39,064 bases of DNA from a virus (lineage: Duplodnaviria > Caudoviricetes): positions 1 through 39,064 of IMG/VR virus record IMGVR_UViG_3300033407_000058; one strand, 5' to 3'. Below, piece after piece: positions 15,028-24,247 of the stretch. The notes under the pieces are model-generated. The model ran no database searches. It worked only from the letters and a program-made list of their open reading frames with translations, and had not been told where the DNA came from. The position numbers and the translations under genes were made by a program. The first letter of the stretch is position 1. Each line of letters starts with the position of its first letter.

Positions 15028-17392
15028 GCAGCCTCGACCAATCGGCCCGCTTCCTTCCCGCATCATGTTGGTAGATGAATGCTTCCGCAAAGCCGACCTC
15101 GAATCCGGCGAGCCCTTTTCCGGGTACCTCGGCGGGGAACTGGGTAAGCTCCTCTCCGAGGTCGGAATCCAGCTAAACAACTGCTACTCAACCTGGGCGG
15201 TGCGGCAATATTCCCCGGACGGGGGGCACTCGTTCTTCGCGCAGAAAAAGAAAGACATTACCCCGCTGCATTCTCCACTCCACGACAAGCCCGCGCTCAA
15301 TTTCGTCCACGCGGCGCAGGAAATCCTGGCACGAGAAATCGAATCCTGCCAGCCCAATATGATAATAGCCTTTGGCAACACTGCTATGCTGCTGCTAACT
15401 GGAAAGTGGGGTATTACCAATTGGCGCGGCTCAACCCTCCCCTGCATCCTGCCGGGACTCTCCTACCAGCCCAAGGTCGTTCCTGTCTATCCTATTGGCC
15501 GCATTATGGCGAAGTGGGAATGGAGGCCAATCGCGCAGCAGGATTTGCGGAGAGCGGTTAAGGGAAGTTGGAATAGGGAGATTATCCGCCCGGATTACAA
15601 TTTCATAATCCGCCCGGATTTCGGCACCGCTCTTGCAACTCTGGAAACCCTTCTCCGATCCGCCGACCGCGGCCCCTTGAAGCTCGCGGTAGACATCGAA
15701 ACCCGGTCCTATCAGATAGCCTGTATGCAGATAGCCTGGTCAACCCTCGATGCAATCTGCTTGCCGCTTATGTGCGTCGAACGGACGGAGGGGTATTGGA
15801 CCTTGGACGAGGAAACCGTCCTTATGTATAAGCTCTACAAGCTCCTAACCCACCGCAATGTGGCAGTAGTCGGTCAAAATTTCCACTACGACGCGCAGTA
15901 CTTCGAGCGATATCTGTTATTCCTGCCAGCCCTCACGTGGGATACGATGGTTTCTCAGCATTCGATGTTCTCCACTATGGAAAAGGGGCTGGATTTCCTC
16001 TCTTCTATGTACTGTAACTCCCACGTCTATTGGAAGTCGGAAGGGAAGGAATGGACCGCGGAGATGGATGAAGAGCAGCTTTGGGAATACGGCTGCAAAG
16101 ATGCGGTTATTACTTGGGAGGTTGATGAGGAGCAGCAGAAGGCGGTGGATAAGATGGGACTGCGGGATGTCGCGGATTTCCAAAGCAAGCTGTTCTGGCC
16201 TGTGCTGGAGACAATGATTCGAGGTATCCGCATTGACCGAGCAGAGCGGGATCGCTTCGCAATGCGGTTGTTTGAAGAGATCGCCACCCGCGAGAAATGG
16301 ATATTCGACCTCCTTGGCTACGCGGTAAATATCCGCTCTCCGCAGCAAATGCAAACCCTCTTCTACGAAGATCTGAAGCAAAAGCCAATTCATAAGCGGG
16401 TGACCAGAGCGGTGACAACCGATGATGAAGCACTTCGTAAGATAGCCGAACGGGAGCCGTTGCTCCGACCTCTGTGCAATAAGATATCGGAGATGCGCAG
16501 CCTCGGTGTCTTCCTCTCAACCTTCGTCCGGTCAGGGCTGGACATAGACGGAAAGACCAGATGCATGTTCAAGATCGCCGGGACAGAGACCTATCGCTTC
16601 GCCAGCTCCAAGAACGCCTTCGGCTCCGGGATGAATTTGCAGAATATTCCGAAAGGGGGAGAGGAGGACGATGGACTGGTCTTGCCGAACATCCGTACCC
16701 TATTTATCCCCGATTCCGGCTTCGAGTACTTCGACATTGACCTGGATTCCGCAGACCTTCGGGTTGTCTGCTACGAAGCGGGAGTTCCAGAAATGAAGGC
16801 AATGATTAACGAGGGGAAGAAGGTGTATGTAGAGGTCATGAAAGAATACTACAACGACCCGACTTTGACCAAGCACTCTCCGCAATATGGGACTTTTAAA
16901 TCCTTCTGCCATGGAACCAACTACCTGGGAACCTCCGCAGGATTAGCCGACCGTCTTGGCCTCTCCCGGCATATTGTAGACGAGCTGCAAAAGTGGTACT
17001 TCGGGAAGTTCCCGGAGATTAAAGCCTGGCACGAGAAGATCAAGAACCAGGTCCTAACTCGACGAATGGTTAGTAATGTCTTCGGCTATCGCTACTACAT
17101 ATTCGGGAAAATCGAAGGCACGATAATGAATCAGGTTATTGCGTGGATTCCCCAATCAACCGTTGGCTGCCTTATAAATCGCATCTATATGAACATCTAC
17201 GAAAACTTGAAAGAAGTGCAAATCCAACTACAGGTCCACGATTCTTTGGCCGGACAGTACCCAATTGCCAAGGCTGAGTGGTGCAGGAAGAGGATAATCG
17301 AAGAGGCGCAGATCGTGCTGCCTTATTCCGACCCTATGACTATCCCGGTCGGTATTAAATATTCAACTAAGAGTTGGGGGGAGTGTGGATGA
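15020..17392 (+). CDS. polA: family A DNA polymerase with N-terminal UDG-like domain and 3'-5' exonuclease
   Basis: UDG-like region (GEPFSG..G, IIAFGNTA, ITNWRGS); Exo motifs VDIET, NFHYD, YGCKD; polymerase motifs TETYRFAS, NLQNIP, DLDSADLRV, KSFCHGTNY, QVHDS. Confidence 0.93.
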   Translation: MSKQPRPIGPLPSRIMLVDECFRKADLESGEPFSGYLGGELGKLLSEVGIQLNNCYSTWAVRQYSPDGGHSFFAQKKKDITPLHSPLHDKPALNFVHAAQEILAREIESCQPNMIIAFGNTAMLLLTGKWGITNWRGSTLPCILPGLSYQPKVVPVYPIGRIMAKWEWRPIAQQDLRRAVKGSWNREIIRPDYNFIIRPDFGTALATLETLLRSADRGPLKLAVDIETRSYQIACMQIAWSTLDAICLPLMCVERTEGYWTLDEETVLMYKLYKLLTHRNVAVVGQNFHYDAQYFERYLLFLPALTWDTMVSQHSMFSTMEKGLDFLSSMYCNSHVYWKSEGKEWTAEMDEEQLWEYGCKDAVITWEVDEEQQKAVDKMGLRDVADFQSKLFWPVLETMIRGIRIDRAERDRFAMRLFEEIATREKWIFDLLGYAVNIRSPQQMQTLFYEDLKQKPIHKRVTRAVTTDDEALRKIAEREPLLRPLCNKISEMRSLGVFLSTFVRSGLDIDGKTRCMFKIAGTETYRFASSKNAFGSGMNLQNIPKGGEEDDGLVLPNIRTLFIPDSGFEYFDIDLDSADLRVVCYEAGVPEMKAMINEGKKVYVEVMKEYYNDPTLTKHSPQYGTFKSFCHGTNYLGTSAGLADRLGLSRHIVDELQKWYFGKFPEIKAWHEKIKNQVLTRRMVSNVFGYRYYIFGKIEGTIMNQVIAWIPQSTVGCLINRIYMNIYENLKEVQIQLQVHDSLAGQYPIAKAEWCRKRIIEEAQIVLPYSDPMTIPVGIKYSTKSWGECG
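15583..15620. promoter_or_regulatory. paired palindromic box element 3 (inside polA)
   Basis: TATCCGCCCGGATT-ACAATTTCAT-AATCCGCCCGGATT, encoding IIRPDYNFIIRPDF. Confidence 0.7.
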
Positions 17393-17580
17393 AGCCCAGA
17401 GTAAGATTTTGTTGGGAATGCGGAAAGAAGTTATATGGTAATCACTTCAAAGAAATAGAGGTTGATGGTTACAAGAAAATTGTTCACAAAACTTGTACTG
17501 ATCCTGATGCTGAGTGCCACGATAAATTCGATGATATTATTGACAATTTTGATTGTATACCAAAGGAGGAATCGCGCTAA
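17389..17580 (+). CDS. small zinc-finger-like protein
   Basis: CWECG...HKTC; ATGA overlap with the polA stop. Confidence 0.65.
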   Translation: MKPRVRFCWECGKKLYGNHFKEIEVDGYKKIVHKTCTDPDAECHDKFDDIIDNFDCIPKEESR

Positions 17581-17780
17581 TGCAAACCTACATCGTCAGA
17601 TCAAAAAAGCAAATGATAGCAACAATCCAGCACCTTAAAGACACTCCAGTCTTTACCAGAATCGAACTCCTTGGTTCCGATTTCTCGGTGGAGTTGGCCG
17701 GTGGCTTGCCGGAGCCTTTGCACAAGAAGCTAATCAATCGCATCAAACAAACCCCCAAAGCAATGTGGGAAAAACCCTAA
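17580..17780 (+). CDS. hypothetical protein
   Basis: AAGGAGG RBS; TAATG coupling. Confidence 0.6.
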   Translation: MQTYIVRSKKQMIATIQHLKDTPVFTRIELLGSDFSVELAGGLPEPLHKKLINRIKQTPKAMWEKP

Positions 17781-17788
17781 GGACTGCT

Positions 17789-18328
17789 ATGTTAACGCAA
17801 GAAAACCTTAAAAAATTATTTGACTACGCACCAGATACTGGATATTTTACTAGGCTGGTCAAGGTTAACTATAATACAGACATTGGAGATATAGCCGGAA
17901 GTATAAACGATGCTGGGTACCTTCAAATTCGTATAGATGGGAGGATTTATTTATGTCATAGACTCGTTTGGCTTTTCATTTACGGCTATTTTCCAGAAAA
18001 TTCTTTAGACCATATAGACAGAGATAAAACAAACAATAGATTAAACAATTTAAGAGAGGTTTCCCAAACTTGTAATAACAAAAATTCTGGGAACCTTTCA
18101 AATAATACATCAGGAGTTAAGGGGGTTTCCTCTGTTGGGGGGTCAAAAACTTGGAAAGCTCAAATAACTGTTAATAGAAGATGCCTCAATCTTGGGAGGT
18201 ACGGAAATTTTGAAGATGCTGTATGCGCAAGACTTTTTGCAGAGCAGTGTTTGAACTGGGAAAACTGTGAGAAAAAGAGCTCAGCTAAACTCTATATGGA
18301 GGCTTGTTGTGGCGCGCAATTATCCTGA
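17789..18328 (+). CDS. free-standing HNH endonuclease with AP2-like DNA-binding domain
   Basis: GY...I.G..Y..HRLVW, DHIDRDKTNNRLNNLRE, NTSGVKGV...WKAQI...LGRY; AT-rich relative to neighbours. Confidence 0.9.
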   Translation: MLTQENLKKLFDYAPDTGYFTRLVKVNYNTDIGDIAGSINDAGYLQIRIDGRIYLCHRLVWLFIYGYFPENSLDHIDRDKTNNRLNNLREVSQTCNNKNSGNLSNNTSGVKGVSSVGGSKTWKAQITVNRRCLNLGRYGNFEDAVCARLFAEQCLNWENCEKKSSAKLYMEACCGAQLS

Positions 18329-19499
18329 TTGGTTAAGTGCCTACATCGACTACTCCGGCTATGGCGAAGCCCCCAGACATATGTCATTCTGGACCGGCGT
18401 CTCAACCATCGCCGGAGCTCTTCGTCGCCGCGTCTGGATAGACCAAATCTATTTCAAGTGGTTCCCAAACTTCTACATCATTCTGGTAGCTCCGCCGGGG
18501 ATTGTACAGAAGTCCTCAACCGTCACCATTGGAATGAGCTTGCTGCGCAAAGTCCCAGGGATAGTGTTTGGCCCAGATGTGGTGACTTGGCAAGCCCTCA
18601 TCTCCGCCTTCGGGGACTCAACCTCCGGCTTCGACTACAACGATCTAATCCACGTACAATCCCCCGTTACCTTGGAATCTTCCGAGTTCGGAAACTTACT
18701 CAACCCTCAGGACCGGGACATGGTCGATTTGCTGGTCGCCCTCTGGGATGGCAAGCAGGGCAATTTCACTAAGAAAACTAAAAACGCAGGCTCGGATGAG
18801 GTCGAGAATCCCTGGATTAATCTAATCGCTTGCACAACCCCATCCTGGATTGCCGGCAACTTTCCAGAATATATGCTTGGAGGTGGGTTTACTTCCCGCT
18901 GCGTGTTCGTCTACGCGGAGGAGAAGACCAAGCTCGTCCCTTATTTAATGGATGTTGTGCCGGAGAATCATGCAGAGATTGCAGAGAAGCTGGTTGAAGA
19001 TTTAATTGATATAGCCGAGGGGCCGCTCGGTCCATACACTCTGTCGAAGGGGGCGAAAGAATGGGGCGGGGAATGGTATAAGAAGCATTACTCAGAACGG
19101 TCATTGTCGTTGGATGACGAGCGGTTTGGTGGTTATATCGCCCGAAAACAAACCCATATACATAAATTAGCAATGATTCTAGCGGCGTCCGAGGGCAACG
19201 ATATGCGGATAACCGAACAACACCTATCGGTAGCCAACGCGATGATAACGGACCTCGAACCGGACATGGCACGGGTGTTCTCGAAGATAGGGAAATCAGA
19301 TTATTCCTTCTACGCGGACCGACTAGTCCAATTCATTCACAAGTCCGGGACCGTCAAGTATGAAGAAGCCTATCGCTTTATCCACGTCCATTTCCCCTCC
19401 GCCAGAGATTTCGAGGACATCCTTGCGGGATTGATCCGCGCTGGCTTTGTGCGCATGGACGTGATAAATGGGGAGCAATGTTTGGTGGCTATTATTTGA
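18309..19499 (+). CDS. DUF3987/YfjI-like P-loop ATPase (putative replicative helicase)
   Basis: PNFYIILVAPPG..KSS, SEFG, LWDG, ACTTP, GFTSR; GGAGG RBS before GTG 18309. Confidence 0.75.
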   Translation: MARNYPDWLSAYIDYSGYGEAPRHMSFWTGVSTIAGALRRRVWIDQIYFKWFPNFYIILVAPPGIVQKSSTVTIGMSLLRKVPGIVFGPDVVTWQALISAFGDSTSGFDYNDLIHVQSPVTLESSEFGNLLNPQDRDMVDLLVALWDGKQGNFTKKTKNAGSDEVENPWINLIACTTPSWIAGNFPEYMLGGGFTSRCVFVYAEEKTKLVPYLMDVVPENHAEIAEKLVEDLIDIAEGPLGPYTLSKGAKEWGGEWYKKHYSERSLSLDDERFGGYIARKQTHIHKLAMILAASEGNDMRITEQHLSVANAMITDLEPDMARVFSKIGKSDYSFYADRLVQFIHKSGTVKYEEAYRFIHVHFPSARDFEDILAGLIRAGFVRMDVINGEQCLVAII

Positions 19500-19504
19500 A
19501 AGCA

Positions 19505-19545
19505 AGAAGGCGGGAGGAGGAGTTGATCCCCTCCTCCCGCCTTCT
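19505..19545. terminator. hairpin between the converging transcription arms
   Basis: 16-bp perfect stem AGAAGGCGGGAGGAGG / CCTCCTCCCGCCTTCT; no long U-tract on either side. Confidence 0.7.
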
Positions 19546-19546
19546 C

Positions 19547-20212
19547 CTAAGCTTCAATGTAATATGCATACTGAGCTATGAAACTTATCTCATGCTCTTC
19601 CATACTTATCGAAGGAAAGATTATATTGATCGAGGATTGGTAGTTGTTGTACACACTTGCCGATTCAATTTGTACAGCACCGCTTGAATGCCATACACCG
19701 CTTTGTACAGCCGCAGAGCCTCCGCCAATATTATTAGCCGCCGAGCCCAGCGGAACTGAGATTCTTATACTGCACGGCGAAGCGCCGTTATACGGTGTTA
19801 CGCTTATCCTTCCACTTACCGTAACCACATCACCAATCCGCATATAGGTAGTCTCAAAAAACTCAGTCAGGTCCTCGTTTAAATTGTAGTTATTTAGCTC
19901 TGTAGGTGTATAGGTTCCAGACTCGCCAACCTCGCCCCCAGACTCAACATCCCCAACATCATCCTCAGTCCATAACAGCTCATCAGCTGCATTCTTAAGC
20001 ACCAATTTAACCCTTCCCGTTGCGAAAATAGCTTGCTCTCCCAAGGAATCTAATACAACAGGGTTTGTGTGTGGGGTTGACGCATCAGAACTCGTATAAA
20101 CAGCTTTAGGGGTGGTTGTTCCGGGTTCGTAGGTGTAGAGTAGACCACCAGATAAGGGGCTACCAGTAGGGGCAATAGCTTTGAATTTTGGATAGGTGAT
20201 ACGAAAAGACAT
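19547..20212 (-). CDS. short tail fibre/spike with N-terminal virion-attachment domain
   Basis: G.PLSGG.LYTYE.GTTTP..Y...NPVVLD..G pattern typical of podophage tailspike N-termini; AGGAG RBS. Confidence 0.75.
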   Translation of the reverse strand: MSFRITYPKFKAIAPTGSPLSGGLLYTYEPGTTTPKAVYTSSDASTPHTNPVVLDSLGEQAIFATGRVKLVLKNAADELLWTEDDVGDVESGGEVGESGTYTPTELNNYNLNEDLTEFFETTYMRIGDVVTVSGRISVTPYNGASPCSIRISVPLGSAANNIGGGSAAVQSGVWHSSGAVQIESASVYNNYQSSINIIFPSISMEEHEISFIAQYAYYIEA

Positions 20213-20283
20213 TTTCTACTCCTTTGGGTTGAGGTTAGGATTAGGTTATCTTACAAACTCGGAGGCAGGCGCCAAAGCTGGCA

Positions 20284-22164
20284 TTATCTACCTCCGCTGG
20301 AAAGTTGATTCTCGTATCGAATAGAAGCTCCGGAAGGTCTTGGAGCGGGAGCTGGTCCGATTGGCTCTTGCATTTGAAAACCTTGCCCCGGCGGTAGCGC
20401 TTTTGTTGTCGGCACCTTTAGCAATTCCGCTACCAGCTTCGCATGCCGCTCTTCTCGACCCAGCCGTTCTACCAACAGCCTCTTGCCTTCGGGGGATTGG
20501 GCAATCTGGAACAAGCGCTCGAAGGCAGAAACCTCTGCAGGAACCATTTCTGCCGCCGCCTTTGGTCCGCCCAGATGAATCGCCGCAGCCGGTGGCCCTT
20601 CCCCCAGCTCGATAACGCTGCGGGGAGTTGGGAGAGCGAGTTGATTCTGCCCACCCGGCAACTGCAACATTGGAGCAAGCTCAGCCGCGACCTTAGCCGC
20701 CTCCGGCTCGGTTATGAATTTCTGCAATTTCTGCATGATGCTGTCGGACTGCTTAAACATAACCTTTACCGCTCGATTGGGATCTTTATCCATTCTGATT
20801 TTCTTGGATATTAGGGCCAGCAGAGAGCCCTTAGCAATTGCTAAGGGGTTACCAGATAACAAACCCCCCGCGATATCACTAGCACTGAACACATCATAGA
20901 AGTTAAGCGTACTTGCTCCGGCCTTTCTTGCGTCGATTAGCATCCTTGTATTAACATCCTTTTCAATCGACTTTAAAGCCCCATACTCTTTTTTCAGCCT
21001 TTGGTACCCCTCTCCCGCAGTCCGCTCGATTACCGAATCCAGACCTTTTCGCAGATTATTGGCAATCAGCGCGTCGATGCTGGCTATGCTTGCGGTTTCA
21101 GCTGAGGGGTTCTTATAAAAGGCTTCTAAGCTGTCATTCAATACTGCTACAGCTTCTTGAGCAGCTGTTGGGGTGTAGGAGCCCCTCTCCGTCAGAGCTC
21201 CTAATCGTTGTTCCGCATACTTTGCAGCATTGGGAGCAAGGTCCCTCATTACTGGATTATTAGCCACCTTTCCAAGCTCCATGGTAATCGGAGCTAAATC
21301 AACAACCGCCCCTGCGGAGTTGGTAGCTTTTTGCAATGCATCATAGTCAGCAAAAACCTGCTGCTTCCGTTGGGTGATTGCCTGGGAGAACTCAGACAAG
21401 TTCTTAGGCACCTGACCAGTGGAAATCTCCCCAAACTCATCCACAAACTTTAGTGCCTCTTTGCTCTTCACAATTGATTTAACTGCTTCTGTTGCACCTG
21501 CATAATACTTATCTATTTGCGTGGAGGTTGCCTTACCGACTGTACTTGGTTTAATCCCCTTCTCAATTCCAGTCTTCACTACCCCTCCCAGCGCATTGGT
21601 TAAGCTGGCCTCTGTAACAGGCTTTGCCGCACCCATTCTCCAGGGCCTTCCGGCAAGTACTAATCCACTTTGGAAGGCTGTTTCTCCAATTGCTTGACCA
21701 GCATTACGACCTTGCTCTCCGCCTACCAGCTCGCCAATGGCCCCTCCAGCTGCCCCAGCAAACTCCGTTCCCTTTTCAAACGGATAAGAGATAGCTTTGG
21801 AAACCGCTTGGCCCCCCGGACTTCTTGGTTGGTAGGTCCCGGCTTCTTGAATGGACTTGACTCTGCCCGCCGCCTCTTCCACACTGCCCCCGGTAGCCAG
21901 AGTGCCGAGACCAGCCAAGCCTCCAATAGCGGAACTCCCAGCTCCGGTAATCATCTGCAGAGCTGGCTCTCCTACTGCCTGCCACGGGCCGATGTAATCA
22001 CTGGGGGAGTTTGGCGGGGCTGGGGGTTGGGGGGTTGCCTCCTGCTCCTGCCCGCCGTGTACCTGCGCAAATACCTCTTCCAATTCCTGCTCGGTCGGTG
22101 GGCTATCCCCTGTTAGTTTAAGGCTCTTTCCGGTTGCGGGGTCTGTCACTTTGTAAGTAGGCAT
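20284..22164 (-). CDS. putative internal virion / DNA ejection protein
   Basis: 626 aa; Gly/Ala-rich hydrophobic segments; last and largest of three genes in the ejection-protein position. Confidence 0.65.
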   Translation of the reverse strand: MPTYKVTDPATGKSLKLTGDSPPTEQELEEVFAQVHGGQEQEATPQPPAPPNSPSDYIGPWQAVGEPALQMITGAGSSAIGGLAGLGTLATGGSVEEAAGRVKSIQEAGTYQPRSPGGQAVSKAISYPFEKGTEFAGAAGGAIGELVGGEQGRNAGQAIGETAFQSGLVLAGRPWRMGAAKPVTEASLTNALGGVVKTGIEKGIKPSTVGKATSTQIDKYYAGATEAVKSIVKSKEALKFVDEFGEISTGQVPKNLSEFSQAITQRKQQVFADYDALQKATNSAGAVVDLAPITMELGKVANNPVMRDLAPNAAKYAEQRLGALTERGSYTPTAAQEAVAVLNDSLEAFYKNPSAETASIASIDALIANNLRKGLDSVIERTAGEGYQRLKKEYGALKSIEKDVNTRMLIDARKAGASTLNFYDVFSASDIAGGLLSGNPLAIAKGSLLALISKKIRMDKDPNRAVKVMFKQSDSIMQKLQKFITEPEAAKVAAELAPMLQLPGGQNQLALPTPRSVIELGEGPPAAAIHLGGPKAAAEMVPAEVSAFERLFQIAQSPEGKRLLVERLGREERHAKLVAELLKVPTTKALPPGQGFQMQEPIGPAPAPRPSGASIRYENQLSSGGR

Positions 22165-23549
22165 TATTCCACCTCAACTTGAAATCGTCCGATTGTTCTG
22201 GGGGAGGCTGCGGGAGCCGTAGAAGCCCCTCTGCTCACCATCCTGGTTTTGGTTCTGTTAAGTTGCTTCTCCACACTCTGCAATCGCATATTCCCGGCCT
22301 CGCGAGTCTCTTCTAGCAAGGAAATCATATCATTCAAGCTAAGGTTTTTATCATGTATTTTTGCCCACTTTTCCTGCGCGGAAGTAGACAGTTCAGCGAT
22401 TGAGGCAGAAGACCCCGTTGACAACTTCCCAATCTCCGATTCAATCTCTGTCAGATACATATCATACTTAGCCTGCAATGGACTTCCCATAATCCGCCCA
22501 CGGACGAACCGCAAAGGAACGTTCAACAACCGACTGTCATAAGTCTTGAATTCCTTGGTCAGTTCCTTAACTTTGTCCACCTGCATACCTAGATTGGTTA
22601 CAAAACTTCCCATAGCCCCGACTTGTTTCTCAAGAAAGTTCAGGGAGCCTTGAATAGCTTTAGTATCAGATTGATCCCCCAGCATACTGAAAGCGGCCTC
22701 TGCGGGAGTCTTTTCTGGTATGTTCGGGATTCCATCTTGATCTGCGCCTAGAGCCTGTCTAGCTGCGCTTTTTATAATGCCAAGACGGATTTTGGTAGAT
22801 TCCTTCCCGCGGCCGATTGGTGGCATTTTACCAGTTAAATTAACATACTTCCCCCAAACATCAATTTCATCTGGGGTTATGGCAGATACGTCGATAGCGC
22901 TTTCCGCGTCCTCTGCCGCCTTAGCCCTTCTAGCAGCCTCTTGCATATCCTGCCCGCGCATCTGCACAGCGGCTGATTGATCCTGCGCAGGGGAAGTTGT
23001 CATTTGGATCGGTTGGCCGCTGTATCCAGGAGCATTAGGATTAGTCTCTGCAAATTCCGTAGTCTTCCCAGCATTAACCAATCGCATCTTCGACAGCTTA
23101 TCCTTCGCATCCAAGGAGATTCTAGTGGCATCTTGCTGCAAAGCTTGCGGACCCCCCTTAGTCATCAGCTGTTTCCCATACTCCAGCGCAGGAGTGGGGT
23201 CGTGCCCTTCTAGTTGCGCGACCCTCTGCGCCTCTTGCACAAAGGTCTGCCAGGCCATCTCCGGCGAAACACTAGCCACTGTATCTGCGGATTGTTTCCG
23301 AATCGTATGCAGCTGCAATTCCCGCTCTATCGCAGCCTTCTGTTTCTCGCGGGCCGCTGCTGCGGGAGCCTCCGCCTCAATCCTCCGTCTCTTCTGCATC
23401 TCCAACGCGTTCATCTGCTGCTCTTGCTCAGCCGCCTGCATAGCCAATGCATTCTGCTTCCCCTTGTTCCAAGCGCCGACAAGATCAAAGCTAGCGCCTA
23501 CCTGTGCAGGAGCATTAGTGTTTAATAGGTTCCAAGCAATCTCTGCCAT
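22164..23549 (-). CDS. putative DNA ejection protein (P22 gp20 position)
   Basis: Helical Q/A-rich protein; synteny. Confidence 0.65.
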   Translation of the reverse strand: MAEIAWNLLNTNAPAQVGASFDLVGAWNKGKQNALAMQAAEQEQQMNALEMQKRRRIEAEAPAAAAREKQKAAIERELQLHTIRKQSADTVASVSPEMAWQTFVQEAQRVAQLEGHDPTPALEYGKQLMTKGGPQALQQDATRISLDAKDKLSKMRLVNAGKTTEFAETNPNAPGYSGQPIQMTTSPAQDQSAAVQMRGQDMQEAARRAKAAEDAESAIDVSAITPDEIDVWGKYVNLTGKMPPIGRGKESTKIRLGIIKSAARQALGADQDGIPNIPEKTPAEAAFSMLGDQSDTKAIQGSLNFLEKQVGAMGSFVTNLGMQVDKVKELTKEFKTYDSRLLNVPLRFVRGRIMGSPLQAKYDMYLTEIESEIGKLSTGSSASIAELSTSAQEKWAKIHDKNLSLNDMISLLEETREAGNMRLQSVEKQLNRTKTRMVSRGASTAPAASPRTIGRFQVEVE

Positions 23550-23551
23550 CA

Positions 23552-24244
23552 CTATACCCTCCTGCCGTAGTACTGACCCAATGCGGTTATTCCGCTCGAT
23601 AACGCGTTCCCCCAGCCTTGATAAGCACTAGCCTGCGCGTTCGCCCCGGCGATGGCTGCGTTGCCTTGGTTTGCCGCATTATTCATAGCAATGTTTCCAA
23701 TATTCCCGGCATAAGCTTGTCCGGCTTGTCCGAGCTGCTGTGCGGAGGTCTGCCCCACTCCGGCAAGGTTGGCCAATTGGTTATATTTAGTGGCTTGCTG
23801 ATTCGTGTAGCGATTGTAGGCATTTTGATATTCATTGCTGGCGAAGTCCTGCCCGAATCTGGTAATTCCTTTCAAGGCCCCGCCAGACGCCAGCGCACCT
23901 CCCGCCGATGCGCTCCGATCCAGCGCCTTTATCCCTTCCGATAAGCGAAATTGATATCCCGGGTCTGTTTCCATATCGCTTGCTTCAAAGGGCCGACTCA
24001 TCTCCCCCGACAGCACCCCTTCGCCAAGTTGATTAATCGCCGCAGCACCTTGTTCCATCCACGGGGCTTGATCAGCTCTGGTTAGTTCATACTGCCTTCG
24101 TTGCTCATCAGTAGCGTACATGGATGCCGCAGTAGACGCATCTCCCGCAGCCGCCGCCCCTTTGGCTTGGGTTTTAGCAGCTTTGTTGGACATAATACCA
24201 CCGACAACCGCACCCCCAACTACTGCCGTTACCATACTTGACAT
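23552..24244 (-). CDS. DNA ejection protein (P22 gp7-like)
   Basis: Gly/Ala-rich N-terminus; DPGYQFRL..G...SASA.G...SG..LK motif. Confidence 0.8.
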   Translation of the reverse strand: MSSMVTAVVGGAVVGGIMSNKAAKTQAKGAAAAGDASTAASMYATDEQRRQYELTRADQAPWMEQGAAAINQLGEGVLSGEMSRPFEASDMETDPGYQFRLSEGIKALDRSASAGGALASGGALKGITRFGQDFASNEYQNAYNRYTNQQATKYNQLANLAGVGQTSAQQLGQAGQAYAGNIGNIAMNNAANQGNAAIAGANAQASAYQGWGNALSSGITALGQYYGRRV

Positions 24245-24247
24245 AAC

